Assembly: GCA_965153355.1 (NCBI GenBank)
Contig: OZ231126.1
Location: 33,914,001-33,978,000 of the forward strand
DNA length: 64,000 bases
Direction: 5' to 3'
DNA from: Flaccisagitta enflata
Taxonomy: Eukaryota
In this document: positions 38,821 to 53,087 of the stretch, in pieces
How positions within the stretch are numbered: position 1 is the first letter of the stretch
Layout of the letters: each line of letters opens with the position of its first letter
Translations under genes and position numbers: made by a program
The notes under the pieces: model-generated
Databases searched by the model: none
The model's input: the letters and a program-made list of their open reading frames with translations, nothing else
Told to the model about the DNA's origin: nothing

Positions 38821-41800
38821 CATTGGTTGTCATGATTTTGAGTGACGTGTAGATGATTGACTACATCTGTTGAGGGTAGAAATGGCAAATACAGGAACTC
38901 CAAAATCATAACAGGAGACGTCACCATTCATTCAAATTTCACAGGTTTGGCACGCATAAATACTTCTTGACATGATTTGATGCTAGTTTGCTGGTTTAAT
39001 GTCATTGAAATACTGCAACAAGGATGTAATGCTAGTTTGCTGGTTTAATGTCATTAACATACTGCAACAAGGATGTAAAGCTAGTTTGCTGGTTTGATGT
39101 CATTAACATACTGCAACAAGGATGTAATGCTAGTTTTCTGGTTTAATGTCATTAACATACTGCAAGAAGAATGTAATGCTAGTTTGCTGGTTTAATGTTA
39201 TTTACATACTGCAACAAGGATGTAATGCTTGTTTGCTGGTTTAGTGTCATTAACATACTGCAACAAGGATATAATGCTAGTTTGCTGGTTTAATGTCATT
39301 TACATACTGCAACAAATGCTAGTTTGCTGGTTTAATGTTATTTACATACTGCAACAAGGATGTAATGCTAGTTTGCTGGTTTAATGTCATTAACATACTG
39401 CAACAAGGATGTAATGCTAGTTTGCTGGTTTTATGTCATTTACATACTGCAACAAGGTCGTAAGAGCGCATTTCAGTCACAGACAATCGCGTTTTAACGG
39501 GCCAATTGATCGGTCGCTACGTTCGTTCGCTTGCACCGCTCACTCCACTCACAGGCTCAGCGGCACTCTGCTTTGATACACTCACCTCGCTTGTTCGCTC
39601 CATTCAAGGGCTCGCTCACCCACTTCGCTCACTCCCTCATGGAACACTGATTCATGAATATATATTCACGCTGTTAAGGGTGTGTTTCTAGTGACGACAA
39701 GGAATACAATTGCTTCCGTCAAACGTGCTTACAGCGTGAACATATATTCATGATTTTCAACTAACCATAGCACAAAAAAAAAACGGAACAACTTGTTTTG
39801 ATGATTTATTGCTAAAGTGAAGACTATAACTATAGAAAATTCATGACCGTTAGAAAGCTCTGCAAAAGATCTTTCATATGCGACGTTGCTGGTCATTCTA
39901 GCTTTATCCGTTTAGAAATGGCATAAGAATGAATGAAAACATTGCCCTATTCAATAAGCAGCCAGATTGAATAAAAAGGTTTTGAAGATAAGGTAGTTAA
40001 CTTTGACAAGCTGTAACTTTTAAACCGTTTGAGATACAGATCTGGGATTGGTCTTGAATGAAAGAAAATTTGAAAATCTTTAAAATCATCTAAAAAAAAT
40101 TTAAATTATTATTTTTTTCTATCGTTATTATCAAATTAAAAAACGAAACAACTTTTATGATTTCAACTTTTACGTTCATGACCACCTCTTCTTTAATGTT
40201 ATGTCATTTCTAAACGAATAAAGACAGAATAACCAGCATGGTCTCATTTTGAAGATCTTTCGAAGAGCTTTCAAACGGTCACAGATTTTGCTATGTTTTT
40301 TGCATTGGATGAATCTGAATCTTTAAAAAACATTTTGTTCCGTTTTTTTTTGTGCTATGGTTATGATTTTTCCCTTGAGTGAGTTAGTGAAGTTAGTGGG
40401 CAAGCACATGAATGAAGCAAATGAGTGAAGCAAGCTTGGTGAAGCAGAGTGAGTAAGCATTGCTAGAGAACGAACGTAGCGAGCGACCCAGTGGCCTGTT
40501 AATGACGCGATTGTAGAAACGGACCTCATAAGTAAGAGCAGTAATGTGGCTTACCGATCGATCAACAGCGATTCGTCATTGCCTGGGAGGCTGGGAGTGT
40601 AATACAACCTTACTGAAGTCTTTGGTACTAATACTTGTCACTGAACTTTGCTTGACGTTATTCGGCGCAGGCCTTATCTCCTTTGACAGCTTCTTGCTTA
40701 ACCTTCAGATACAGGACTTCTTTCCATTCCTTTCCTCATCAACCTCAAACGTTTACTAGCCTACTTAGTAGAGCAGGCGTGATTATGGAGTAGCAAGTAG
40801 CGCCGCTATTCGGCAGGTTCGGAGCGTCTCGGCAGCATTTGGACGGACCAACGGACTTGCGGACGGAACAAAAAGTGGCTTATAGAGTCGCGTAGCAGGC
40901 GACTAGGAATTTAAAGAAAAATACACGAACGCGTTTGCAATAGCGCGATACTATAATGGAATAGTTAACAAACAGATTGTGACAAAGAAATGATTTGCAT
41001 AATGTAGTCTTCTTTCTTCCTCCTTTTTCTGATAACAACAAGTAATCGCAGAAAAGGTTCCAATGTCTCGATGATGAGTCAATGTACTTGAAGCAATCTG
41101 ATCTGATTTGATATTAGTCAGTCATTTTTTTTTCAACATCAGAATGGATGAACCTAAGGGATAATACCGACAACGTTCATTTTCATATAGTATATAGTTC
41201 TTAAAGTAACTCTTTCAACGATGTTTCTGTTGAATTATGTTGCTTTTCAAATCTGAGTGATTGCTCTGACAAGAGGGGGAGCAAATCGCGGTGGGCGATG
41301 TCTTTGACTCATGCCAGACGTTGCCCAGGCCCATTTGTTGGGAACACTTCAAGGAGGGCGCTGCTACCTAGGAAATAATTATGGAATCAACTTCAACCAT
41401 AGATATCTTGGTTTCTAAAAATGCCAAATAACTTTTTTCAAAGAAGCAGATTAATCTACATCAAAAAATCTTCAATCTGGTCTCTGTAGCTCAAACCGTC
41501 TGGAAATGACAAGCAAACGAGTGAATACTTTCAGTTTCAAAATGGGTAGTAAAATGTGAAAATGATAGAACACAAAAATTAGGGCTTTCTTCTGCTTGAG
41601 ATATCTCCGCTTCTAGAAAAGGCGAATAACTTTTTTTTAAAAAGCAAATTTATCTACATTGAAAAATCTTCAAGATGAGCGCAATCTGGTTTCTGTGGCT
41701 TCAACCGTTCAGAAATGACAAGCAAAACAATGGAAACTCTCCAATAAATGATAAACTGGCAATAACCGCTCACAGATGGCAGATTAAGACCCTAATAATC

Positions 41801-42570
41801 TGTATGAAAATCTTCATCAACCGCCCCCTAGCTGCAAAACCGAATATATTAGTTAACAAATGTAGCTCATGAAGTGCTTATGAGATCAGTATCATGGTTT
41901 AACAGAATTTGTTTGATAAATCAAATCGCACCCTTTTTGATTCCATAATTATTTCCTAGATAGTAATGTCCGGAAAAAAACTCAAGAAAGTCGAGAAAGG
42001 GGTATCAGGCAGGCATTGAAAAACTTAGTAAGTCAACTTACAAAGTACAAAGGACAAGACCAGTCCCACGGCTTTCAACGTCGCTTGCAATTGCACAAGG
42101 GTGATGATGTAAAAGGACGGATAGCAAAAGTGGCTCAGGATAAATGGCATGAAATGGACAAATCGTTACCAATCGACAGACGAACACATTTATAGACCGA
42201 TGGACGTGGACCCATGCTGACTTGCTCACGAATGTTTATAAACTGAAAGGGGAAAAAAATGAAAGGAATGAAGGAGGAGAATCAAGGGTGAAATAGAAAA
42301 AAAGAGATTGGAGTTAGGAAGACTGGAAATCTGGAACGAAATAAAAAGGAGAGTGAATTAGAAATGAAAGCTGTAATTTTTTCCGGGGCTCTGATATGAA
42401 TCTGGTTTCGGATTAGAAAAAAAAAGAGCTTCTTCCACATGATTTTTTCTTTCCCGTTTCCAAGCTCGAAGTCTTTTTCCATCGTATGTTCGTCGGTCTG
42501 TTTTCCCCTCTGTTACCCTTGAATATTCTTATTTCCATCCTAATGTGTGTATTTTAAATTGTGTGTGTGT

Positions 42571-42635
<65 letters not shown>

Positions 42636-43447
42636 ACATAGCGGTTGCGCGTTCGAAGAGCAGATTTCTTTTTTTCCTGACTAGAAATAATTCAAAAGAG
42701 GGAAGAGACCCACACGTGCGTACGAACGAGCGAGGACAGGGGCACCCGTGCGAGCGAGTTCAGGTGCTGCATGCTGGTGTGTGAATGAGGGCAAATGAAC
42801 AGACACCCACGGGAACATACTGGCACAGATCCCACCACCATAAATAACGATTACCTGTCACCCTATGATTACCCGGTCATCACAATTAAATCACCGTAAA
42901 TTACAGAGTAATAAGTGCAACTCTGTCTCTGTCTGTAAATTTTAGAAAAAGAAAAAAACCCAAAAAGCAGCGGTGGCGTGGCAGTGGCAGCAGTAGTGAA
43001 ACAAATGGCGGTGTCGTGGTTATGTAAACGGTCACGGCCAGCGATGTATGGCAGCTTGGAGCTTAGGGACTTCACAGCCAATTTCAAGCATGACAGCAAA
43101 TCTAAGCACAACTGCCTTTTAACTGATTTGCTATGATTCCTATGCTTTCTTCACCAATACTAAACAGAAAGTAACAAATAAAAGAGTGAAATTTATCTAG
43201 ATAATTATTTCTTTATCAAATAGGTCTGTTTTCAATTAAGTCATACAATTTAGTGTATTGTGCACAAAAAATATCTTAAAAAACTGTATGGCAGGTTGGG
43301 GAAAGCATAGTTATTATCAACACATATCAATCATGCCCTTGCCTCATTTTGTTTTGCAAACTCATCTATCATATCCCCCATAGGATTTGAGTCAATAGTC
43401 TTTTTTCTGTTTATCTATCTATCTATCTCTCTGTTTGTCTGTCTGTT

Positions 43448-43519
<72 letters not shown>

Positions 43520-44099
43520 TCTCTCTTTTTCTCCCTATCTTCAATTTTTTTTTTCACATCACATTTTCAAGCCCGACAAACGTTCAAGCCCAACAGCAGG
43601 GACGTCATGTGATATCCCTGAAGTCCCTTGCCATACATCGCTGATCACGGCAGAGGACCTGTTGTATCGGCTCATAGGTGGTGTTGGTTGTAAAGAGAGG
43701 TTGGAGATGGCGGTAGTGGCAGAAGGAAAGTGGCGGAACTGGCGATGGCGCTGGCAGTTGGGTATGGAGGTGGAAGTGGGGTAAGACTTGATAATGGCAT
43801 TTGTTATAGAAAGGGGGGGGGCGGAAACAGTGAGTTGGCACTTGGCAGTGGAGCCGTTGAGGCGGTAGGAAGCAGGGGGCCAGGGGCAGTAGTGGTGGCA
43901 GAAGGAAAAGGTTGGCGAGGAAATAAATATTGGTGGAGGCTGAAGGGGGCGGCGGAGGCTGAGGGGGGCGGCGGAGGCGGAGTCGGAAAATGAAATTAGC
44001 GGTCGCCAGGATTTAACGTCGCGGGTTTCCACCGACACGCGCTGAAGCGAGAATGAGCACACGAGAGAGCAAAGTCTCTCCTCTGTGATTGCCTCTAAG

Positions 44100-44291
<192 letters not shown>

Positions 44292-44747
44292 GAGGTTGGC
44301 AAACAAGGGAGATAGGAGGGGAAAAATACGGAAGTGGAGAAAACAAGTGACGCGGGTTCACAATATCGTTGCGGACGTCCAACCCCCAGCCTCATCCCAA
44401 CCACACCCCCAACCACACAGTGCTCCGGATCCTACCATCACGATAAATAAGTACCCATCACCCCCAAATCATCTCCTCACCACCCATTCACCTATAACCA
44501 CCCTCCAACACACTCACACACAAACAATACCGGCTGCAGCATCCAAAATACGCGTTTTCCGCGTTTTAACTCGAGCATGACAATTCGAGTGTGACGGACC
44601 GACGGACCGACGGACCAACGGACCAACGGACCAACGGACGGACAAAGCCTCTTTTAGAGTTGCGTGTCCGCAACTAAAAACTCGACGCGCGTTCAGAAAC
44701 CTTGAAGTTATCGCGATAACTGAATGGAGTAAATGCAAAGACGTACA

Positions 44748-45351
44748 TACCATCTTGGCCAAAAAAAAAGAGTCCAAGTAAAACAGTATAGTTATTTATT
44801 GCTGTTATTCTCTGTACAAAATTAAATTTTTTTTGTAAAAATAATTAGTTTAGGCCTTTTTGGTACTAAATATCATTTGTAATCATTTTGGTAGACATAG
44901 ATGAAGGATTTTTGAACAATTTTGTACAACAAGTCCTTTGATTTTTTTAACAATTTTTGTCTTTAGTGCTTTCAGATCAAGGTATATTCATTTTGATAGA
45001 AAATCTAAACGGTTTGAACTAAGAAAATATGCTTGGCGGCACTAGGCAGATTTTTTGAAGCTCTTTGCAATGATCACCAATTTTTATATGATTATCTCAT
45101 GATAAGCCAAGAAAAAGTGAAAATAAAGAGGTCAATTTTTTCCCCTCTTTTTTTGCATATTTTCTGCTTTTTGCTAAGGTGAACGTTTTCACTCTTTTAG
45201 CTCTAAAATCTAAATAAATTAAGCAACTGAGCTCTGCAAGGCGCCATTTTGAAGATTTTTTCAAGCTCTTTTCAATGGTCACTGATTTTGATAGTTTTTT
45301 TCATCACAAATTAGCCATATAGGTGGGACTTTTATTTTGGCCAAGATGGTA
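44748..45351. mobile_element. MITE, TA-flanked, TIR ccatcttggccaaaa (~604 bp)
   Basis: taccatcttggccaaaa / ttttggccaagatggta. Confidence 0.85.
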
Positions 45352-45581
45352 TGAGGGTCCACTTGCACTTGCGCAGTATATTTAATACCTCGCCTTCCAT
45401 ATTACAAATTGATGATGTAATACTGACTACTAAGGCCGCATTGTCTAGTCCAACAGGTACATAATTCTTTCGTGAATGGGAAAATTAAATTGGATCCACT
45501 ACATTGGATTCCGGCTACATCTGCAGCCCACAACCACGGACAGATGGATGGACCTACACAATGAGGAATGATTGTAGGGAC

Positions 45582-45674
<93 letters not shown>

Positions 45675-45762
45675 ACGAGGCAAACGGGCATTATACTCCG
45701 GCCGATGAGGAAAGGAACTTGGAATAGAAATCACGTAAAAAGGAGAGGAGTTGTACAATGAA

Positions 45763-46635
45763 GCATTGCCTTCACTCAAGGATGAGTCTTCTCATCTAGA
45801 CTTTGACTCGAAAATTTTCCTAGGTCAGTCAGTAGACCTGCTCAGCGCTTTCAATATCGCACGTTTCAAATTTCAAGGTTCTGGCTCAAATACTTAAGAT
45901 GTTATGAGCGTTTGTTTGAACCATATCAAGCTGAAAAAAATTAAGGAGAATTTTCAAACTTTCTTTTAAAATATGGCCGACACTGAATTTCAACAGAGTC
46001 CAAGTTTTTTGAAAAAAAAGTAAGGTTACAGGATTTTGGATCTAGGCGAATCAAACAATTTCCCATTGATGGCACCCCACTTTTGAAAACCATTTTTCAA
46101 AAAAAGAAAATGTGATTTTTTTTCTCAGTCCCCAACGCGCGATACAATTTTTTTAAAGTATTTAAAGAAGAAATAAAGATACAAGATTTAGGCGAATAAA
46201 ACATTTTCCTAATGATTGCACCCCACTTTTGAAAAACATTTTTCAATAAAATATTTTGCGATTTTTTTATTAAGTCCCCGACGCGCGACACAATATTTTT
46301 TTAAGTTCTTTTAAAAAAAGTAAAAATACAAATTTTGGATCTAGGCGAATCAAACAATTTCCTGTCGATTGCACCCCACTTTTTTTTTCGAAAAAAAAAA
46401 ATCCTAATTAAGGGCTTTTTTGGGGGCCCTTAGGGGCTCCTAAGAAGTTCAAAATTTTGGTCAATGAGATGAACAGAGTTATGTGCATACGCCAAGGTAT
46501 CTATCAGGACCAAATTCAAGCTGATTAATTAGAGCTCAAGCTCATGCCGTTAGTCCCTCTAGACCGGCCTCATTTAGAATTAAAATCGAAAAATTCTCAA
46601 AGACTCAGATTCCGGATCTAAGGTCAATCTCTATT
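45763..46635 (+). mobile_element. Dispersed repeat, copy 1, with three internal ~150-bp units
   Basis: Shares gactcgaaaattttcctaggtcagtcagtag...acctgctcagcgctttcaat...ggatctRaggtcaat with 60735-61331; taggcgaat at 46043, 46189 and 46342. Confidence 0.8.
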
Positions 46636-46891
46636 TCATGTCCAATTCGAGAATGCCTGTTCGGTTTTTTTCCCATTGACATTCAATTTATCTTGATTTA
46701 TTTGTTGTTCTTTTTTTTTTTTTTTTTTTAATCACGACTTCATCAAAGGCTTTGTCCGTTGGTCGGTCCGTCCGTTTGTTCGTCGGTCAAAATGATTGAG
46801 TCGAAACATTAAACAGGTCGCCCAAGGGCAATACGTGGTCAGCGATACCCGGTGCCCTGCTTTGCATGGTTGAAACTTAGAATGAGAGGCA

Positions 46892-47266
46892 GGGCAGCGG
46901 CCCCGAAGGGACGAGTCCCAGAACACAGGAGACTTCGTTCATCGCGTCTGCGTCCGTCCGTCCGTCCCCCAGGCCCTTCAGGCCTGAAATCTGGCCCCAG
47001 GCCTGGGCCCTCTCAGGCCTGAAATCACTGAGGCCTTGAATCTGCGAGGGCAGATCTAAGGCCTGGGAGGACAGATTTCAGGCCTGAGAGGGCAGATTCA
47101 AGGCCTGAGAGGGCAGATTTCAGGCCTGAGAGGGCAGATTTTAGGCCTGAGAGATCAGATTTCAGGCCTGAGAGGGCCTGGGGGGGACGAACGGACAAAC
47201 AAACGAACGAACAAACGAAAGTCCCCTGTGTTCTACAGGACTTCATCCCCTTCGGGGCCGCTGCCC
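46892..47266. mobile_element. MITE with TIR gggcagcggccccgaaggg and 21-bp internal repeats gcagatttcaggcctgagagg
   Basis: Inverted ends gggcagcggccccgaaggg / cccttcggggccgctgccc; tandem units at about 47040-47180. Confidence 0.8.
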
Positions 47267-48183
47267 AAAAACGCGCATTTCCGTTGCCGCATCGGCTCCC
47301 CAAACCCCATGTCTGCACAATCCGTGATATGAAAAAAAGCAAGGTTGAAGTTACGGCTGCCTTTATTCGGGTGTGTACAAAAGATTAGTAAATGATGCAG
47401 CGAAAAACGTTAGTGGCAATCTGTGCGCGCGAGGAAGTCAGACAGTACTAAAGAAAGTGACATGAGAAAAAAAAATGACTCTCGGTATGTAACTCAAATA
47501 TGGAGTTACACTTACAGATCGACCGACAGACTATGTACGCTTTTGAATCTCCTAGCTCCTGCCTACGAGAATAAAAAAGTGAGCGCCCAAGACTCGGAGA
47601 GATGTTAAGTCACGTTTGAAAGATGGGAACCTCCATTAAGCGTACAAGACTTTTAAAGCAAAGGATATCAAAGATTTCCCCCCTCACTCACGAAGAGGAG
47701 ACGGCTTTTTGACCTTACATTCGATTACTACATGCAGAGACGGGCTCCCAAGACACCTTCAGAGTCAAAACATGACCGCGCCAAATCAGATCCATCAGAA
47801 GGGAAACCTCAAAGACGTGACCCCGCAGAAATAGAAAGACGGTACAAAGTGTGCGTGTGCGTGTGCGTGTGCGTGTGCGTGTGTGTGTAAATCTCCGTGA
47901 TAGGGAAGTCACTTGGCCCATTCTTTATCATATCGGTAACTCAGTATTGATGCGGGCGGGGCGGGTGGGCAGGGGCGTACCATCCCCATCGACGACCCAA
48001 CTCCCCCTCAACACCCCCTCGACACACACTGACACACAGAATCGTGCAATTCTACAATTTTTGACTTGTGCATTACAGACTGACGGACCAACTTACCGAC
48101 GGACCAAGCCTCATATATATGTCCAGGGCCGTATGGCAAGGGGCCGTCGGGGGTGCCATGGCGGAACTTTGTCGGGACACTCA

Positions 48184-48277
<94 letters not shown>

Positions 48278-48645
48278 AGAAAAAAGAGAATGAGAGAAAG
48301 AGAGAAAGAGAGACAGACACCCCAAGTGTGTCAAGTGATGATTGTCACCGGTTTCTTGTTTTGCAAAATTGGTCGCGACACAAAAATTGTTGTGACACAA
48401 AGTGGAGGTGGCGGCTCCAAACATAGAGGCTCCCATACGGCGCTGTATATGTCCGCAACAAAAAAGATCGACATGTGAACAGGCGGAGAAAAAAAGTTCG
48501 ATAGGAAAACGTTCAATGAAAAAAAGTTAAGGATGAAGAAAGGCAGAAGACTAATGGAATAAGAGTCAAACATTCAAGGCAATTCCGAGTTTTCAGGTAA
48601 GTTAATTGAGTCCGAGGTCAAATGGACGGCCTGAACAAGAGACTG

Positions 48646-48743
<98 letters not shown>

Positions 48744-48813
48744 CGAGAGAGAGGTGTAGGTAAAGAGAGAGAGAGAGAGAGACACAGACAAGAAAATGAA
48801 AAAGAAGGAGAAC

Positions 48814-48917
<104 letters not shown>

Positions 48918-50212
48918 AGAGAGAGAGACTGAAGGAGAGAAAATGAGAGAACCTTTGTCCGCCAGAGTGCGAGTTTGTGGGGGAAATCACATCTGATTAG
49001 ATTCCAGCGCTCAAAAATGGGATGATGGGTCAGTTCTTACTTGTCGGGAAATGTCTTTTTCTTCTTCTCTTGTAAGTGTAAGCATGTGGCAAAATGGTGA
49101 TTTTACCAGAGGTCTCATATCATTGCAAGGACCCGAGAGTACAATCACGCGCCCGTCGCCGTTCACTGAGACGCATGGTTTTTCACAGCTATACAATTAC
49201 AAGTTGATATTCATGCTCTTACGTGTGATAAAACAATTGCGGCAGCCTTGTGAAATTCTTCTCATTTCTATACAGAGCCAAAAAATGAAGAGACCAAAAG
49301 GCGTGCTACAAATAACAAGGCCAAGTAGGCCGATAAGGTGCGACGTGTGGTTCATCAAACGAATGCGTTACCCGACAGACCGACCGACCGACCGACGGAC
49401 ACAGCCAGTTATAGAGGTGCTTTGTCGCACCTAAAAATGTCAAAAGCAACCTCGAGGTTTAGATCAAGGTCAAGGAGTTTCATTTTATTCACCCACCCAA
49501 ACATCGCTCTTTTGATCGAGCTTTTGCTCATTCGTCAGTTTATAAAAAAGTTTATATTGAGTAATCACCATCATGCATTATCACCACTTTTAGTCGCGTG
49601 CTACGCGACTCTACACCCCGTTTTGTAGGTCCGTCGGTCCGTCGGTCCATCCGTCTGTCAGTCCATCCATCCCTCCGTCACACTTTACTTTTTTATTACA
49701 CTTAAGGTTATTCTAGTCATTCTAAGTCATTCTATGTAAGACGGCTTCCCTCCGAAGGCAACAATTGTGTTTCAAAGAAGGTCAAATTTAAAAAAATGTA
49801 TAAATCAAAATGTAAAAATAAATGAATAAAAATGATTGAGATAGCTAAGACATCATAATTAAAAGAAAAATTTGCATTTACTTAGCAAGAGGACCAAGTT
49901 TAGCCAATGTTACCAAAAAATTGTTTTGAAAATTTATACTTATTTTATTTTTGGTCACTGACAAGGGGCTGGTAGAAATTCTAAATTTGCATAGGAAATG
50001 AAAAAATGAAAAGACAAAGAACATAGTTCTCTTCCCAAATTGATTACAGAGAGAACTATGTTTTTTAAAATGCAAAATTTCCCTGTGTTTGGCTTTCTTA
50101 GAATTTCGACCTCAAAAAATGAAAAAAAATGTATGCAGAAATTCACTAAAAACATCATTTTCATGTTTTTTTTTTCATGTGAAACGCATGGTTCAAATTA
50201 CATTTCAAGTCA

Positions 50213-50422
50213 AACAAGGCCAAATACACGGCTACCCCAGTCGCGTGCGGGTGGGCAGGAGCCATAATAGAGGTCAGTGGAACATTTGGGCAGGAGCAAT
50301 AAAGCCAAAACCCTCATCGATGCCGAAAAAGTAAAGTGAAGGACGGACGGACCGACGGACCGACCGACGGACGGACGGACCGACAAAGCGGGGTGTAGAG
50401 TCGCGTAGCACGCGACTAAAAA
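50213..50422 (-). mobile_element. Helentron/DINE-1-like element
   Basis: aacaaggccaaatacacggctaccccagtcgcgt...gtagagtcgcgtagcacgcgactaaaaa. Confidence 0.7.
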
Positions 50423-50626
50423 TGATAAAAATAAATGCACCAAGTGTCCTTAGACACAATTTGTCCACTTAAAGCATTCCAGCTTCATTACTGTCCTGAT
50501 AATAATGCAAAAAGTATGGTGAAACACTTCATTTTTCTTCAAAAATTTTCTGTCGTAAGTCATTCTATCGCTGCATGTGGAAGTGGTCGCCTTACTATCC
50601 CACCATTTACTGTACGAAAGTATGGG

Positions 50627-50627
<1 letters not shown>

Positions 50628-50719
<92 letters not shown>

Positions 50720-50736
50720 CGACAACAACGACGACG
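50628..50736. repeat. (CAA)n microsatellite
   Basis: Direct reading of the sequence. Confidence 0.95.
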
Positions 50737-51437
50737 TTTAAAATCTATGGCGTAGATATAGCCGCTCGGTAGAGTCTTTGGTCACCAGATGGCGCAAGTA
50801 TCAATTAGTGTTCACAATTCGAGTGCGGCTGTGAGTATAAAAGGGTATTTCAGTCTCATTGTTTTGCCAGTACTCCACGCGTCTCTACATTCTTTCACGT
50901 TGGTAAACTTGGTTTTCCAATCTGACCCGTGAGTTGGGTCCAACGTAGTTTTGGAGCTGAAAGGCCACGAAGATGCCTTGTATCGTACCAAAGCAACCTG
51001 AGACTGAAAACGTACTCGGCAACCTTCGCCTTTACCGAGATCAATCAAAAGATGGAGCTTCAACAGATGACCTTGTCCCGTGAGAATGACGGATGTTACC
51101 CGAAAGAATGGACGGATAGAGCTCCACGACGTTTTTGTCAGCCTACCAGAAGATAACCTTGTAACTTAAGCCTTTTATTCGTGTTATTTCCGCGGAAAGA
51201 AAAGCTATTCCCAGACATTACATATGGTAAGACAAATCGACTTACACATGCAGAGTCTGAAAGACAGGAAGCACTCTCGGGCAAAATTGGGATAAGTGAA
51301 AGACAAATGTGAGAGTAAAAGAGTGCACAGCCGTAGGGGAAAGGCAATGCGATTAAGACTGTCCCTTTTTTAAAAACAGGTCATAGGTCACCTGCTGAGT
51401 AAGGGAGTTTCATACTCACAGAAAGAGAGAGACACAT

Positions 51438-51502
<65 letters not shown>

Positions 51503-51778
51503 TAAAAGGGGGGATATAGAAGAGGGAAAATTAATTCGCTGTTTTTTTTTCCGGCATTGGTTGGTTCTTTTCATAGTTTGCGCAGACGATCGGCGCGAGT
51601 GCCGCTCAACCAAGTGGAGTTGTGATGGCGGCGGCGGCGGCGGCGATGGCGAAGGCGGCAGCAAAAAGGTCGATAAACGGTAGAAAAATGACGGATTCAT
51701 GATCGCCGCCTTGAAAAATTAATTGAGTCGGTGGGGAAATTGACGAGGCCGCTCCAACACCGCTGCCGACTTTGAGAG

Positions 51779-52692
51779 GACGCCGCTGCCGACGCCGCTT
51801 CCAACACCACTATCGATGCCACTACCGACACCACTCTCGATAATGTTTACGACACCACTATCGATGACGCTGTCAACACCACTATCGATGCCGCTTCCGA
51901 TACCAGTACCACTCTTGATAACACTGCCGACACCAATCTCAATGCTGCTACCGACAGTACTATTGACGCCGCTGCCGACGCCGCTGCCGACACCACTATC
52001 GATGGCGCTGCCGACACCACTCTTGATGCTGTTTCTAACACCACTATCGATGCTGCTGCTGACACCACTCTCAATGCCGCTACCGACAGTACTATTGATG
52101 CCACTGCCGATGCCGCTGCCGACACCACTATTGATGCTGCTGCCAACACCACTCTCGATGCCATTTCCGACACCACTATCAATGCCACTGCTGGCACCAC
52201 TATAGATACCGCTTCCGACACTACTCTCGATGCCGCTGCCGGCACCAATCCTGATGCTGCTATCGACGCTGGTCTGACGTCCATTTGTCATTCAAAGCTA
52301 TTTCCTGAGACTTTTACACTTTCATACTCACTCTCTCACCGGCCAACGCTTCCGACTCTGTCAATAGAGTAAGATCGGTAGTCTAGATGGGACACCAACA
52401 GTACTATTTATGCCGCTGCCGACACTACTATCCATGCCGCTGCCGACACCACTCTCGATGCCATTTCCGACACCACTATCGATGCCGCTGCTGACACCAC
52501 TATAGATACCGCTTCCGACACTACTCTCGATGCCGCTGCCGGCACCAATCTCGATGCCGCTACCGACGCTGGTCCGACGTCCATTTGTCATTCAAAGCCA
52601 TTTTCTGAGACTTTTACACTTTCATACTCACTCTCTCACCGGCCAACGCTTCCGACCCCTTCAATGGAGTAATATTGGTAGTCTAGATGGGG
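51779..52692. repeat. 24-bp minisatellite (ccgacaccactatcgatgccgctg) with a 300-bp tandem segmental duplication
   Basis: Array 51779-52272; 52141-52392 repeated at 52441-52692; ORFs in several frames. Confidence 0.88.
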
Positions 52693-52924
52693 AGACCATG
52701 AATGCACATTGCACAGTGATGCAATGTTCATAGGACGCACTGAAAGAAAATCAAGTGGAGTGATACCGGAAGTGTAGGAGGCGGAGATCATGGATGTATG
52801 GTGATGTAATGTCCTTATGAAGCACTGAACGTAAATCCAGTGGAGCGATGAATGCACAGTGGTTCGCATGCATGAACCATGAGTTTTCTTCATCACTTAA
52901 AACATGGGAAATATGAAGCACCAG

Positions 52925-53087
52925 TTTTTAGTCGTGGACACGCGACTCTACACCTTGCCGTGTCGGTCGGTAGGTCCGTCGGTCGGTCCGTCGGTCTGTC
53001 CGTCACATTTTTGAATTCCGAGCGGTTTTTGCATTACTGTTCCTGCCCAACTGTCCGCGACTGGATTGCCGTGTATCCGGCCTTGTT
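52925..53087 (+). mobile_element. Helentron/DINE-1-like element
   Basis: tttttagtcgtggacacgcgactcta...gccgtgtatccggccttgtt. Confidence 0.68.

Noticed and set aside
43559-44062. G-rich ORFs as a gene
   Set aside because: Degenerate GGC/GGT-rich sequence with no convincing splice pattern or domain.
50812-51160. Minus-strand open frame of about 115 codons
   Set aside because: No recognisable domain or supporting exon structure; cannot be supported without a homology search.
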